A stretch of DNA of 59,141 bases, filler included. It is 5 parts of 5 records of this genome, joined end to end, with 100 filler letters (N's around TTAATTAATTAA, not from the genome) between each part and the next. Parts side by side here need not be neighbours in the genome. Positions count along the whole stretch, not along the records: positions 15,239 to 42,470 come from SRR20825019_1351; 4 more parts are not named here. One strand, given 5' to 3'. The translations under genes were made by a program, and so were the position numbers. Under the pieces are notes generated by a model, which saw only the letters and a list, made by a program, of their open reading frames with translations, ran no database searches and was not told the DNA's origin. This document shows, piece after piece, positions 15,964-27,692 of this stretch (the stretch's first letter is position 1; each line of letters begins with the position of its first letter).

Positions 15964-16534
15964 ATAATGTGCTAATGCTGATGTGTGTGTGTTACCGTAC
16001 TACTGGCAAAAACAACTAATATTTCTATTTTATTTTCTTCAAAATGTGTGTGTATGTGCGTGCTTGTGCTGGGTGTCTATTTTAATAATATTTTATAACA
16101 AACTGATAGGAATAATAATGATATGTGGAGGGGAAAGAGGGAGAAGTTGAGAGACGGTATTCAAGCGGCGGAGATCATTTGAAGTGAAAAACATGAAAAT
16201 GCAAGGGGCAGTGTTTTAAATATAAAAACGAGAAGTAATTGTGTTAAACAACAGGTATTTTAAATTGCAAAAGTGGATTGTACTTAAATCCACCTGTTTC
16301 CTTCTTGATGAGAGTGCCGTATTCTCAAAAAGTGTATTGCATTTTAGAAATAAAATGTTTCTGAGTGTGCAAGGCAATTAAAGCAACTGTTTGTGTGGAT
16401 TTGTTGTGGAAGTGCGGCTACTGCTTCTTGTATGTATATGTGTTGTGGCACGAGGAGGAAAATGGTAGGTAGGTATATAGAGGGTGTTGAGGAAGAGGGA
16501 AAAAGATTGTAGTGAAGTCGCTCTACATTCTTTT

Positions 16535-18214
16535 TTAGATAGACAAACCCGTCAATCGTAGAATTGCCATGGCGACAGTAGCTGCCCATTTAACCTCCTT
16601 CACCACCCCCTGCATCCCCCCAACTTCCGCATCGTTGTTATTATTAATCATTCCTTCCATGAGGTATTGCTGGGTTACGATAACCACCCCCTGGCTCTCT
16701 AAGTCTCCATCGGCAGACTGCATGACAACCTTGGGTGGGACGGCATCCCCCTTCATGATCCTCTTCTTCTCGATCCCCATCTTCGCCCTCTTATGGGTAT
16801 TGTCGGTTGTACCTTTGGAGTTTGGGACAGCGACGAAGGTTGCATTGGGGCCTAGAGGACAGCGTGATGCGACGAATGAATAGACAACCCCACCACCACG
16901 ATTCGTATCCGACCGATACCCACCCAACTGGATAATACCACGCCTCCTCTTCATATTATCAATAATATTATTTTCACCCCGACCACCAGCATTATTAGTA
17001 TTGTTGGGTGGTGTCAAGTTCATAGTGGGGCAGTCGGTAATACCGAGCTCCTCCAACAGCTCCCTCTGGGCTGCTGCCACAGGTGATCCCCTATCGGCTA
17101 GATCTACCGCACCGCCCACCACTGCCAACGAGTGACCCTCATAGCCATATTTACGCTGCCTAAACATCAAGAATAACCTCTCATTGGATTCCTCTTTATT
17201 CTTGTTGAGCCACTGTGTTAGGGTGGGGAAGTCATTATTGTTAGATGCCGCGATGGAGCTCAAGACGGGGACATTTGAAAGTGCGGAGTAGGAGGCAAGG
17301 GGATCTTTGGAGGCCTCACCTCCCCCAACCTTTTTGCTGTTGAGGAGGGAAGTAGCAAGCTCCTTGCCATCACCAAGATACACGAGTACATTGATCTGAT
17401 CGGGCTGGTTGACCCAAATCCAATTGTGCACCACATTAGCCTTATCAGCACCAGATTCAGCATCGCTAGCATACGCAGCCGTATCGGATAGTCGAACAGA
17501 GTGTTCCTCGACAGAAACACGGTCGCTTTCGTAAACAGCCTTCGCACTTACAAAGGCACCCTTGGGACGCCAGCGGGGGTGGGGGTAGGTACGAGGGGAC
17601 AACTTCGACTTATCCTCCTCACTATGATGATGCTTGCCTTCCGAGGAGGAAGACCTATCATCATTGTGAAGGATAAACCCAACATTGCGACTGTGGAATT
17701 GGCAACTCAGAAGCATAACCATAGAAACCGTAATCAGACCACACACCAGCAGCGCCATCTTCTTCGTAACTCTGAACCCTCCACCGTTTTTGGTGTTGGA
17801 AGGAAAACGCCCAGAGCTCGTGTAAGTAGAGGTGCTTCGGTCAGGGGAGGGATCGGAGAGGAGCGGGGGAGTCGGAACTCCGCAAGACGAGTGTGAATCA
17901 CCAGGGGTCGATGTCAACGCGGTACCTGTGGTAATAGCATGGCTACTACCACCGGAAACGGCAGCAGCTGCTAAAGTTGGTGGCCACACTATCTGGTTGT
18001 TGAAGTTGCCGTTCAGTTTATTAGTGCCAGCAGGAGAGGTGATGGTGGAGGCGGTAGCAGACGTGAGGAGGTTGGTGTTGTTGTTGTTGTTGCTTTGGGT
18101 GGTCGTTCGCATAATCACAGGAGAATGTGCGAAGTTGGTCGCTCTGAGTGCACCATTGGGAAATTCTAAAGAAGTATCCTCACGCTGTTGCCTGATATCG
18201 TCGGACCTTTGCAT
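16535..18214 (-). CDS. Membrane-anchored Nudix hydrolase
   Basis: Nudix box GGAVDLADRGSPVAAAQRELLEELG; hydrophobic helix MALLVCGLITVSMVMLLSC. Confidence 0.8.
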   Translation of the reverse strand: MQRSDDIRQQREDTSLEFPNGALRATNFAHSPVIMRTTTQSNNNNNTNLLTSATASTITSPAGTNKLNGNFNNQIVWPPTLAAAAVSGGSSHAITTGTALTSTPGDSHSSCGVPTPPLLSDPSPDRSTSTYTSSGRFPSNTKNGGGFRVTKKMALLVCGLITVSMVMLLSCQFHSRNVGFILHNDDRSSSSEGKHHHSEEDKSKLSPRTYPHPRWRPKGAFVSAKAVYESDRVSVEEHSVRLSDTAAYASDAESGADKANVVHNWIWVNQPDQINVLVYLGDGKELATSLLNSKKVGGGEASKDPLASYSALSNVPVLSSIAASNNNDFPTLTQWLNKNKEESNERLFLMFRQRKYGYEGHSLAVVGGAVDLADRGSPVAAAQRELLEELGITDCPTMNLTPPNNTNNAGGRGENNIIDNMKRRRGIIQLGGYRSDTNRGGGVVYSFVASRCPLGPNATFVAVPNSKGTTDNTHKRAKMGIEKKRIMKGDAVPPKVVMQSADGDLESQGVVIVTQQYLMEGMINNNNDAEVGGMQGVVKEVKWAATVAMAILRLTGLSI

Positions 18215-18780
18215 GATTATGATCGTGGTGCGTGTGTGTGTGTGTTTATTTTACTGATTTTGTTGAAAATCCGTGTTAACAATGTGACTAAATCAAACAT
18301 AAAAGGAGAGGCATAAATTGAAGTAAATGGCCAAAAATCAACTTACAAATGAAATTGGGCTTTTAAAAACATATCAAAAGAGTAAAAGAGCAAAGCTGAA
18401 ATGCAGCTAGAGGTACATTATAAAATATTAGCCATATATATAGTAGATAAATCGACGCCAAGTAGCAGTGGGGGTGGTGGCTATATTATAAGCGAAATGA
18501 AGAGGCAGTACATACCGCCAGGTTAACAATCGCAATGTGTGTGTGTGATATAGAGAGAGAGATATGAAGGTGGGGTGTGAGGGGAGGATGGGGATGGGGA
18601 TGAGGATGGGGATGGGGATGAAGCGGCCGACTGAAGAAGGGTTGAGTGGCTAGTTGGTTGGTTGGTTGATTGGGAAGAGTGTGAATATATGTTTGCATAC
18701 AAAACACAAGGCTTTTCCCATCACCACCACTCTCCTCTTTTTCTTCAAAAGTGTCATTTTTAACACGACGAGTTACAGAT

Positions 18781-21700
18781 TTAGAAGAGCCCCGCAAATC
18801 TACTATTTTTGGAGAATCGGACATTGTTACTGGAGCTGGACTCCTGCTGCTCCTGTAGATCATCCATGCTGTTCTTGGTGGCCTTTTGGGACGAGACAGC
18901 GTTGGCGGTGTTACCTATATTTCTAGTGGAGGCGTTGGTTTTCATGGACGTGGGCTGATCGCTTCTGTGATGGTGGGAGGTGGATGTGACGACGGGCTGA
19001 TGGCCGACGGTGGTGGTAGGGGTGGGTGGCATGTCGCCCCCTCCTCGTCGGATGGGGGTGGGATAGAAGCCAGAAGATCCTGGCATGGCGAAGAAGGGTG
19101 CAGCATGTTTCAATGAGCTGTTCATCATCGTGTGGCTGTTGGCAGCATCATCCACATTAACTGCCTGCCGAGTAGTAGTGTGGTTGTTGTTGTCGTGCTG
19201 CTTTCGATTCTGGCCGGAGACGGGGACGAGATTATTCATGTCGTCACGGGGTCGGAGGGCATGCATCATGAACGGCCCACCATCTACGTTGTTACCATGT
19301 TGGCTGTTCTTGGTGTACTCAGCTGTGTGGCCCTGATTCAGAGGGCGTGCTAGGGTCGAGGTTGGGTGCCCTTTGGTGTGTGGGGCAGGAAGGGAGGTTG
19401 GAGGCCCATGACTAGCCTGGTGGAAGAACAGTGGACCATGCCCGGTAGTGGTACCAGAAACAACATCAAGTATCGAGTCGTCATTGTCGTTGTCTTGATG
19501 ATGGTGCTTACTCGAAGAGGGTTTGTGCGATGAAGTTTTGTTGGTATTGTGATGGGGTGCCTGATTCTTGTTTGTTGATGATGGATTGGTAGTTGACGGC
19601 GATGATGATGATGGGTGACCACCATCACCACCGTTGACTTTAATTGTGGGGAAGGCTGAGTTGTTGTTGGTGGTGGGAGACTCCATCCAGGCGCTTCGCA
19701 CCGCCGAGGGCCTACTCATACCATGTAACGAAGGAGGACCAGAGGTTGCAATCAATACTGTTTCAGCAAGGCTCCCATCAGAATTCATGCTACCTGCACT
19801 TCGAAGATTTTGGGAATTAATAGGTCGTCTATCTCCTCTCATATTTGGGGAAGAAGTCAAGGGATTGGAGGCACTAACGGAGGTTGAACGGTCGTGGTCC
19901 CCCCGCTGGGAGAGGCTATGACGGTGGGGAGACATACTACTGCTACTTGCTGCTCCGCTCTGGTGCTGTCTTCTCTGTGGCCTCCTCCTACTCTTGAGCG
20001 TCTCCGAGTAGTTGAAGGTAACCATCCTCACATCCAACTTCCCGAAACATTTTATTCTCCAAGTATCCGTACCTCCAAATTTAGTAGCCCGCTTTACTGA
20101 GGAGAGCATAGCGTACCGGGCCCGTGTAAGGGCATCGGGGGGTCTCTCCACTACTATATCATGACCATGGGGATCTGCAACCGTACTTATGCTTGCAATC
20201 GACCCACCATCTGTACTGTACCCCCCTCCTCCTGGAGTTGATGCATGGGACGACATTTGCCTCCCCACACTCCTTAGCATAGACAATAGTGAAATACAGG
20301 CCTTCACTACCGATTCCTCTACCACTATCATAGAAGGCTCCTCGCGGGTGCTCATCCACGCAGTACTAGCCCCGTTTCGTCGATTGTTGCTATGAATGGA
20401 AGGGGTGGATCCATCCGCCCTCCATCCTGCTGTCTCGGTGGGGTTGAGGGAGGGGGGTAGAACGGGGATGGCGTCGAGGAGACCTCGGACAGCGTAAAGA
20501 GGGCTACCAAACATTTCATAGGTTGGGAACTGCGTCCTAGTCAGGGTGCTGATCATGGAGCCCGAAGCGATGGAAGCAGTAAACCTGAAACCGCCCACAT
20601 TAGGGTCGGTGGCGGCTGCACCATCCTTTTTAGATGTACCCTTACTGTTGGGGTCATCCTCACCTCCTCCTCGTGAGCCACGACGGACACTGCTCCCCCT
20701 ATGCCTATTACTAACCCCATTCATCAACGACCCATCGGTATCGTCAGGGTGATTACCCCTTCCACTCTGGGACTGCGGGAACGATAGCAACTTGTTTGAG
20801 TTGTTGTTGTTGTTTTGGGACTTAAGAGGGGCCTTCTTCTGGGTGGTTAGCTGTGAGTATGCACTAAGGACCTGGAGGGCTCGTAGGGCAGACAGCGCCA
20901 CCTCTCTAAAGAATTGACCAGGATACCCAACCTCCACCAACGGGCCTATAATATATAATCGATCCCCAAATAACTTAGCAATGGATAGAGGTGCGTCCTC
21001 ATCTGGGGCTCTCCACTCAGGATACCGTGGGTCGCCGATGAGCATGTGGAAGCATCGATTAGCCTCCCTCAGTGCCCTCTCAACGACCTTGAGAGCCTTA
21101 CCCAACACCTCCGCAGATTGTTGATAATGCAACTCTGAGAGGATATGATCTAGTCGAATGCACATCACTATTACGTGCTGGTGGTGGACGAAATTGGCAG
21201 AGATAGTTGGTTGGGGAATGTGGGAGACGGAGATGGGGGAGGTAGGATAAACGCCCTCGCGGTTGAAGAAGTTGACATGTGGAGACGACTTTCTAATGAA
21301 GTCGTCCGAGTTGGAGTGGGGGGCGCCGCCTGCTGCATCCTTATTATTTCCATTAACATCGGTGTTAAGTAGTAGCTGTCGTTGCAGTGGTGGGGGAATG
21401 ACGGAGTTGAGCACGGCCTGTCGTCGAAGCTCCTCCTCACGGCACATGTATGTTACGGCCGTCTTGAGATGTTCCTCTATGCACATGCTTCTCATCGCCC
21501 TCTCACGGATCTCGGCCGTCGCAAGTACGAATACGATGGCCAATATCCAAAGTCCAACATCGACGACTTGTAGATTTGTGACTCCTAAAAATAGTTGAAA
21601 GGGTAACACCACCATGATGACGATGAGGAGAACGAGCCATTTAAACCGAGATGGGTTGGGGTAGAAGGGTACTCCTTGTGCCACCATGACAAACGCAAAG

Positions 21701-24700
21701 AAGAGACTGTTACCACTAGGGGCGGGAGTAGATCTATCGCATGCCACAATAAACAACGCACATTTAATAAACATGCAGGCATGGAGCATTATGCTCGTCA
21801 TGCCGTCTGTTCTCCAAACCGCCTTGCCACGGATCACTTGGATGTTGAAAGTTGCACTGATCGTACACAGCAACACTACGGGGATAAAGATGTACTTACC
21901 AGTAGAAGACGTCCCTGTATCAACCGCTGCCACAATAAACAGGACAACACTAGAAACAGATATGTTGATGAGGAACATGGAAAATATGAATAGATTCCAG
22001 TAGGTAGCCACGCGTTGGAACTCACCCTCTGCTCTGTTGTTCTTGAAGGTTTGGAAGATGTTGCAGCGGGTAACAGTACGAAGGGCTCGATACAACTTTA
22101 GCAGGCTTCTTCGATTCTCATCTTCCGAGGCTGAACCAATGAGCTCAGCTACATTAAACTGACTAGCTCCATTCTGATGCTGTTTCCGTTGTTGTCGTGT
22201 AGCCTCGTCGCATAGTTTGCATCGTGCTTCATTGTGGCCAGGGCCTCCCTTTTGTTCACCCTCGGTGGCATTTTGCTGTTGAGTGGGACTCGCAGCAGTG
22301 GATCGTGGGGAGGAGGATGGTTTGTTGTTGGTGTTGCGGGCAGACTCAGGGTCTATAGCAGGGGTGGAGGAGGGCCACATGCCTTCAATGATATTGATAC
22401 TTGTTGTGGCAGGGGTCCTCCTACTACTGTTGGCAAAGGACTGTGCTGCTTGGGTGGCGGTAACAGTTCCACTATTGATGCTAAGAACTTGACTCCTGAT
22501 ACTACCGGGGGCGCCTCCCGCTGGGGTAGCCTGCAGGAACAGCCCCGAGGAGGAGTGCTGCTGCCGATGACTATACCCGAGTTCAATCTCATCATCATCA
22601 TCGTATTCATCCACCACCATGTCGATGTCATCCTCATCAGCTGCTTCGGCGGTGTTTAGCAGCTCGTTGACATCTTTACTAAAAGAGGAACAACTAAACC
22701 GGCGGGGGTCAGCATCGGCAGGGCTGTCGCTGCGTATTGGTGATAGTGCGAAGTCCAATGCACTTCCATTGGCGGCATGATGTTGGTGGTGACTATGATG
22801 ATTATCTCTGGTCTCATCAGATCCATTGTTGTTTTTGTTGTTAGTGTGATGACGAGAAATCTTGGAGTGTGGGGGTGACTTGGTCATGTCCTCCCCACCA
22901 TCCCCCCCACCTCCTCGTCGCCTCCTTGAGCTGGAGCTAACAATCCGCATATCTTCATCATCTTCAGCCGAATCAGACGATGACTCGTTGAGGGTGGTGG
23001 GCTTGTTGTTGGTGTTGGCAGATATCACAGGGACGAGTTGTTGGGGGGAGAGGTCCCAATCCCTGAACGAGCCACCACCATTAGCAACACCACTATCAGA
23101 GGAGAAGGCACTCTTCATTTCGCTTTCATCCTCGTTGTTGGTGTTGCCAACAAGGCCGGTACGTTGATGTTGTAGGGCAGCAATGGTTGCTGTTTTGGGT
23201 GTCTCGAGGAGGGAAAGGGACATGGACCTTAGACTGCCGCCGATGTCGTGGAGCTGCACAAGGGGTAGGTCGGTCTCATCATCGCATAAGACCAGATCGC
23301 CATATACGCCATGGAACCCTTGCTTTGTATTTAGCTTACCCCTGGGAGTTGCTGCCGTTGCAGCCGTAGCAGGATCCACAAATCCCAATACGTTAAAGAC
23401 ATTGAACTTCTTAATGACGGGAACTCCGCTTGCCCTGTTGGTGGTGATCTCAACAGTACGTGTAGAGGGCATGGTGCTAACCAATCCAGCACACATCTTG
23501 ATGGTGATTTCGGTTGCCAGTACATCCCCACCTGCAGCACATGTGAGGATGGCCTGTGCACATTGAACAGCCTCCCCGAAGAGGGCATATTGCAACGTCG
23601 TAGACCCTACAACAGCCCCCACAACCCTACCGCTATGTACTCCTACTCGTAGCTTCATAGCCAGCTTCTTTTTTTGGACCTCACTTTGTAGTGCGAGGCC
23701 GAATCGGATGCTCTTCAAGGAGTGGTCATCGCATGGGGAGAGGACGTTGCAGCTTACACAGACAAGATCCCCTACAAAACAAATACGCTCCATCCCCCAC
23801 AGATCACACATAACAGCAATAAGCTGTCCAAACTTGAGCATCGGGCCAACAGAATTTTCTCCTCGAAGGAAAAGACTATTTACATTTGCCACATCTGCGA
23901 TTACGACGGTACAGCAGGGGTTGGTGTCGACTGTTGTGACATCACCCTCACCATGGAACTGATGTACCCCGGCCTGTGGCGACGGCGAAGCATGGTCCCC
24001 CGAGGAGTGCTGATGAGCAGCCACCAACTGCCTCGACCCTCCACCCTCCCCACCATTATTATCAAATAGCCGTTGCCGGATTATGGGGGAGACGAGGGAG
24101 TCGACGAATGTAACAAGCTGAGCACGCTGATGCATGTAAAGCTGTAATCTTGCTAGGGTTTGGGCATGGGTCTGGAAGCGACGACGGGAGCTGTACTCCA
24201 ATGCTCCCAGTATACTCACAGATGTAATAAGACAGAGTAGGTTGATAATTCCTGCCTGTACCGCAATTCTTTCATTCACCGCATCGAGGTATTCATTATT
24301 CACTCCCATGTCGTATGGGAGTAAGAAGTAGCCAGCTATGTACCCTATCACCGATAGTACAGCTACCATAACAACAAGGGGGAATGTGGGCCGAGCGAGG
24401 CCGACGGGGATGTAGGAAGACACCACAGCAATTCCACTAATGGACCCCTCGCAAACTAACTTCTTATCGTTGGGCTGAATTATGAAGGTGGAGGCGGTGT
24501 CTTGCATACAGTTAACCCTGTCGATGTGGACGCTGTAGTGGGCGAATACACAGGTAGGGAGGTATAATAGCACAGCGGCGATAAGTTGGACCTGGTAGAT
24601 ACCAAGCTTCTCTCGCCGAATATAATCCTTCTCATCGTATGTGAACATTGGGAGCGAGGTGGTGGTGATGGCATCTGGCTGCTTGAGATGTTCCTCGTCA

Positions 24701-26868
24701 TCATCGAGGCCGTTGTTGTCCTCCTCATCATGCTTGACTGTTGTACCCGATGGGCCCTTTAGGGGGTTGTGTCCTCCACCACTACCCTTGACCGGCTCAG
24801 TATTGCTGTTGGTAGGGTTCTGTTGGCGGGGTTGTTGTGCTCGAACTGTCCGAGTCCTAGCTCCATCGATAAACTCCTTCAGCTTCCGAATTCGGTACGT
24901 GGCCCAACAAGCTAGAAGAGTAGCGACTGTGCACATTACGAACTTCAGGGCTCGGTTGAGATTCAGGGGTCGTAGGGCGTCGTCAGTGAAGAATCGGTTG
25001 TCCAGTAGAGGCAGGAATGCACTGCCAAGCAGTACGAATGAGAAGAGCGTCAACATGTACGACTTGTGCTCAATGTGCCCCCTACAATACTCATTCTCCA
25101 CTCGAGTATCCAAGAACCTCATAGTAAAGGGGCATTGGAGAAACGTCTCGGCGGAGGACCAATCGATACGTTGGTCAAAAGTGACCGATTTGAGATCGAA
25201 TAATAGCCGCTCCATGATGCCCATTACACTGCTCTTCTTGGCGGCATCCATGTCGTCATCGTCCGACATTAATGAATGAGCGTCGCTATCTGTGATGGTC
25301 TCATTGTAGGAGTCGGTGGTGGCTGGGGGAGGAGTATTGGAGTCGTGTTGAGGAATCAACTCGTCGCTTCTGAGCGGAATAGCGGCGGGTAGAGATTCAG
25401 AGAAGTGTGCCCCGAGCTGGGTGGGAGATGTCATGCCAGCAAAGAGTGGAGAGGCAGGGCTACTAGAGGAGACGATGGAAGACATTCTGCTCTGTCGGTG
25501 GGCGGTACGAGGGTTCAATATACTACCACCCCTGCCAATACTATCCATTGCACTCCCACCATCTCCCCTATTTGAAAAGGCCCCCGAGGTACCTCCCCTA
25601 GGACTGTCCATGTGGTGCGTACACTGCCCCACACCCGACCCCGCGACGGAGCTCATACTACCAATTCTACTACCGGAAAGGCCAGGTACATTGTTGTTGT
25701 TGTTAGATCGTTGAGAGTTACGGGAGGCTTGCTGGAGAGGGTGGAACATGGACTCGGGAGAGGTGAAGGAGCTACTATGTTGCCGTGATGATGCTGCCAT
25801 GTGAGAGGGATGGCCCAAATTGTTGCTAATAGAGTTCACAGGTCTGACAGATCCAGGCTGCGGCCTTTGGAAGAACTGCCCGGTAGTGCTGTTCGAGGGG
25901 TCGGCCCATTGGGAAGAGGTGGCGGAGCCAAGAGTGGAGGCGTCCCCTCGTGATACTGGTGCACATGTACTTGCCTCAGACGGATCAATCGGACTCCTAC
26001 CATCAGACAACACACTAACAGAGTCTGCTGCATTAAGGGAGCGGCCCCCAGGGGAACAATGCTGCGAGGAGGTAGGAAAACAGGGCACTGCTCCCCCCGG
26101 TGGGGAGGTAAGACCACTCCCAAGACTCCCCCCACCCCCTGATACTGGGATGAAGAGGGAATTGGAGGCGGGGCTTCTCTCAGATAGTTGGGAAGTACTC
26201 AGAGACTGAATACTTCCCCCAAGACCCTTGTTGCTATTCTGCTGACTACTTGAGATGGGGGGATGCTTTCGGAGGACGCTACCCCTTAAACCTGGGGCAC
26301 CTCCCACTCTAAGACGGTGATGACTCGTGCCCTTTTCAACATCTTGGAGAACAAAGGAATGGTCGTCGGGTATGTCCTCAAGGTGGTGTCTCAGGTGATG
26401 ATGATGATGATGATGCGTCGTCGTCGTTACTCCAGTACTATTACTCCCTCCCACATTACTATTATTATTGTTGTTGTTCATGGATGTGTTCCGAGAGAAG
26501 GGGAAGCTTGGGGTGGGGGGTAGTACCGAGGAGGTAATGGTGTCACTGGAGGATGAGATGGAGGAGGCGGTACGACCAGCACCATCACGAACCCCGTCAA
26601 CAACAGCCCCAAGGCTGGTGGATCCACCATCCTCCACTCCTTCCTCCAGGTCATCGCCTACTATATCCGACACTAGGTAATCATCTTGCTGGTGGCTATG
26701 TATATACTGTAGTGGGGACTTCTTGCCAACACTACTATCATCTTGCTGGTGCTTTCCAGCTTCCTGTTGTTTTGATGATGACGACGTCAGCATGATGTGT
26801 GTTATGGTGTCGTCGCATTCTTGGTGTTCCTGATTGTTTGTTGATTTGGCTTCTTTGTTGTACGACAT
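18781..26868 (-). CDS. Giant multi-TM class III nucleotide cyclase-like protein with two cyclase-homology domains
   Basis: TM cluster, then VVIADV..FVGD..LRVGVHSGRVVGAVVG..YALFGEAV; second TM cluster, then KLFGD..ASIASG..YEMFGSP. First ATG at 26868. Confidence 0.8.
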   Translation of the reverse strand: MSYNKEAKSTNNQEHQECDDTITHIMLTSSSSKQQEAGKHQQDDSSVGKKSPLQYIHSHQQDDYLVSDIVGDDLEEGVEDGGSTSLGAVVDGVRDGAGRTASSISSSSDTITSSVLPPTPSFPFSRNTSMNNNNNNSNVGGSNSTGVTTTTHHHHHHHLRHHLEDIPDDHSFVLQDVEKGTSHHRLRVGGAPGLRGSVLRKHPPISSSQQNSNKGLGGSIQSLSTSQLSERSPASNSLFIPVSGGGGSLGSGLTSPPGGAVPCFPTSSQHCSPGGRSLNAADSVSVLSDGRSPIDPSEASTCAPVSRGDASTLGSATSSQWADPSNSTTGQFFQRPQPGSVRPVNSISNNLGHPSHMAASSRQHSSSFTSPESMFHPLQQASRNSQRSNNNNNVPGLSGSRIGSMSSVAGSGVGQCTHHMDSPRGGTSGAFSNRGDGGSAMDSIGRGGSILNPRTAHRQSRMSSIVSSSSPASPLFAGMTSPTQLGAHFSESLPAAIPLRSDELIPQHDSNTPPPATTDSYNETITDSDAHSLMSDDDDMDAAKKSSVMGIMERLLFDLKSVTFDQRIDWSSAETFLQCPFTMRFLDTRVENEYCRGHIEHKSYMLTLFSFVLLGSAFLPLLDNRFFTDDALRPLNLNRALKFVMCTVATLLACWATYRIRKLKEFIDGARTRTVRAQQPRQQNPTNSNTEPVKGSGGGHNPLKGPSGTTVKHDEEDNNGLDDDEEHLKQPDAITTTSLPMFTYDEKDYIRREKLGIYQVQLIAAVLLYLPTCVFAHYSVHIDRVNCMQDTASTFIIQPNDKKLVCEGSISGIAVVSSYIPVGLARPTFPLVVMVAVLSVIGYIAGYFLLPYDMGVNNEYLDAVNERIAVQAGIINLLCLITSVSILGALEYSSRRRFQTHAQTLARLQLYMHQRAQLVTFVDSLVSPIIRQRLFDNNGGEGGGSRQLVAAHQHSSGDHASPSPQAGVHQFHGEGDVTTVDTNPCCTVVIADVANVNSLFLRGENSVGPMLKFGQLIAVMCDLWGMERICFVGDLVCVSCNVLSPCDDHSLKSIRFGLALQSEVQKKKLAMKLRVGVHSGRVVGAVVGSTTLQYALFGEAVQCAQAILTCAAGGDVLATEITIKMCAGLVSTMPSTRTVEITTNRASGVPVIKKFNVFNVLGFVDPATAATAATPRGKLNTKQGFHGVYGDLVLCDDETDLPLVQLHDIGGSLRSMSLSLLETPKTATIAALQHQRTGLVGNTNNEDESEMKSAFSSDSGVANGGGSFRDWDLSPQQLVPVISANTNNKPTTLNESSSDSAEDDEDMRIVSSSSRRRRGGGGDGGEDMTKSPPHSKISRHHTNNKNNNGSDETRDNHHSHHQHHAANGSALDFALSPIRSDSPADADPRRFSCSSFSKDVNELLNTAEAADEDDIDMVVDEYDDDDEIELGYSHRQQHSSSGLFLQATPAGGAPGSIRSQVLSINSGTVTATQAAQSFANSSRRTPATTSINIIEGMWPSSTPAIDPESARNTNNKPSSSPRSTAASPTQQQNATEGEQKGGPGHNEARCKLCDEATRQQRKQHQNGASQFNVAELIGSASEDENRRSLLKLYRALRTVTRCNIFQTFKNNRAEGEFQRVATYWNLFIFSMFLINISVSSVVLFIVAAVDTGTSSTGKYIFIPVVLLCTISATFNIQVIRGKAVWRTDGMTSIMLHACMFIKCALFIVACDRSTPAPSGNSLFFAFVMVAQGVPFYPNPSRFKWLVLLIVIMVVLPFQLFLGVTNLQVVDVGLWILAIVFVLATAEIRERAMRSMCIEEHLKTAVTYMCREEELRRQAVLNSVIPPPLQRQLLLNTDVNGNNKDAAGGAPHSNSDDFIRKSSPHVNFFNREGVYPTSPISVSHIPQPTISANFVHHQHVIVMCIRLDHILSELHYQQSAEVLGKALKVVERALREANRCFHMLIGDPRYPEWRAPDEDAPLSIAKLFGDRLYIIGPLVEVGYPGQFFREVALSALRALQVLSAYSQLTTQKKAPLKSQNNNNNSNKLLSFPQSQSGRGNHPDDTDGSLMNGVSNRHRGSSVRRGSRGGGEDDPNSKGTSKKDGAAATDPNVGGFRFTASIASGSMISTLTRTQFPTYEMFGSPLYAVRGLLDAIPVLPPSLNPTETAGWRADGSTPSIHSNNRRNGASTAWMSTREEPSMIVVEESVVKACISLLSMLRSVGRQMSSHASTPGGGGYSTDGGSIASISTVADPHGHDIVVERPPDALTRARYAMLSSVKRATKFGGTDTWRIKCFGKLDVRMVTFNYSETLKSRRRPQRRQHQSGAASSSSMSPHRHSLSQRGDHDRSTSVSASNPLTSSPNMRGDRRPINSQNLRSAGSMNSDGSLAETVLIATSGPPSLHGMSRPSAVRSAWMESPTTNNNSAFPTIKVNGGDGGHPSSSSPSTTNPSSTNKNQAPHHNTNKTSSHKPSSSKHHHQDNDNDDSILDVVSGTTTGHGPLFFHQASHGPPTSLPAPHTKGHPTSTLARPLNQGHTAEYTKNSQHGNNVDGGPFMMHALRPRDDMNNLVPVSGQNRKQHDNNNHTTTRQAVNVDDAANSHTMMNSSLKHAAPFFAMPGSSGFYPTPIRRGGGDMPPTPTTTVGHQPVVTSTSHHHRSDQPTSMKTNASTRNIGNTANAVSSQKATKNSMDDLQEQQESSSSNNVRFSKNSRFAGLF

Positions 26869-27692
26869 TTTTTCGTTGATGGATTGGTGTGTTGAAAACG
26901 TAGAAGTGGTTTCAAAAGTGTGACAGTGTGTTGTATACAAAGATGTGGTGGTGTGTTGTGGCGATGGTGAATAATGTCACACAGGTTGTAGTGGATGTTA
27001 ATCAAATGTTGGTAATTACTAAGGACCAATGAGAGATGAGAAGAGAAGGTAAAGAAAGTAGGATATAGGATATTCTTTCTTTTTCGTTCGAGGATGGTGA
27101 ACTGATGTGTGGTAGTAGTAGCGTAGTTGTGTAGAAGCGCAATGATGTGTGTGTGTGTGTGTGGGTGTTGGTGTGCGCTAAGGAAGATCTAGATTTAGAA
27201 GAATATTTCCCTGTTATAAATTAAAACAGTATAAAAATGGAGGTTTTTTTTGAGGGGGGTGATGGAAGGTGAGAAGGAGGTGCGTGTGAAAGCGTGAATA
27301 CTAGTGTATATGGTTGCTACAATATTCGTATATTCGATGGATATATAACTAAGTTAGAAGTAATACCTATTTAATAATTATAATATGGGAAGAGGTTGAA
27401 GAAAAGTGATGAATTTCAAAATATCAACGTGTTTTAAAATTGTAATCAAAGGAATTCATATTGTATTAAAGAGAGAGAACATTAGAAAAATGAAAGCAAG
27501 TCCTACAGCAGCCCCAAATCTAAACTTCCACATGTGTGTAAGGGTACATATGTTTGGAGGGGTAGATATGTAAAGGACTACAGAAAGATTGGCGTGACGA
27601 TATGTACCCAACAATTAAAAGGTGTAGCAACGATATATCACCCCCCCCCACACACACACACACATCCCCCAATAGATCGATACATAGCGCGA

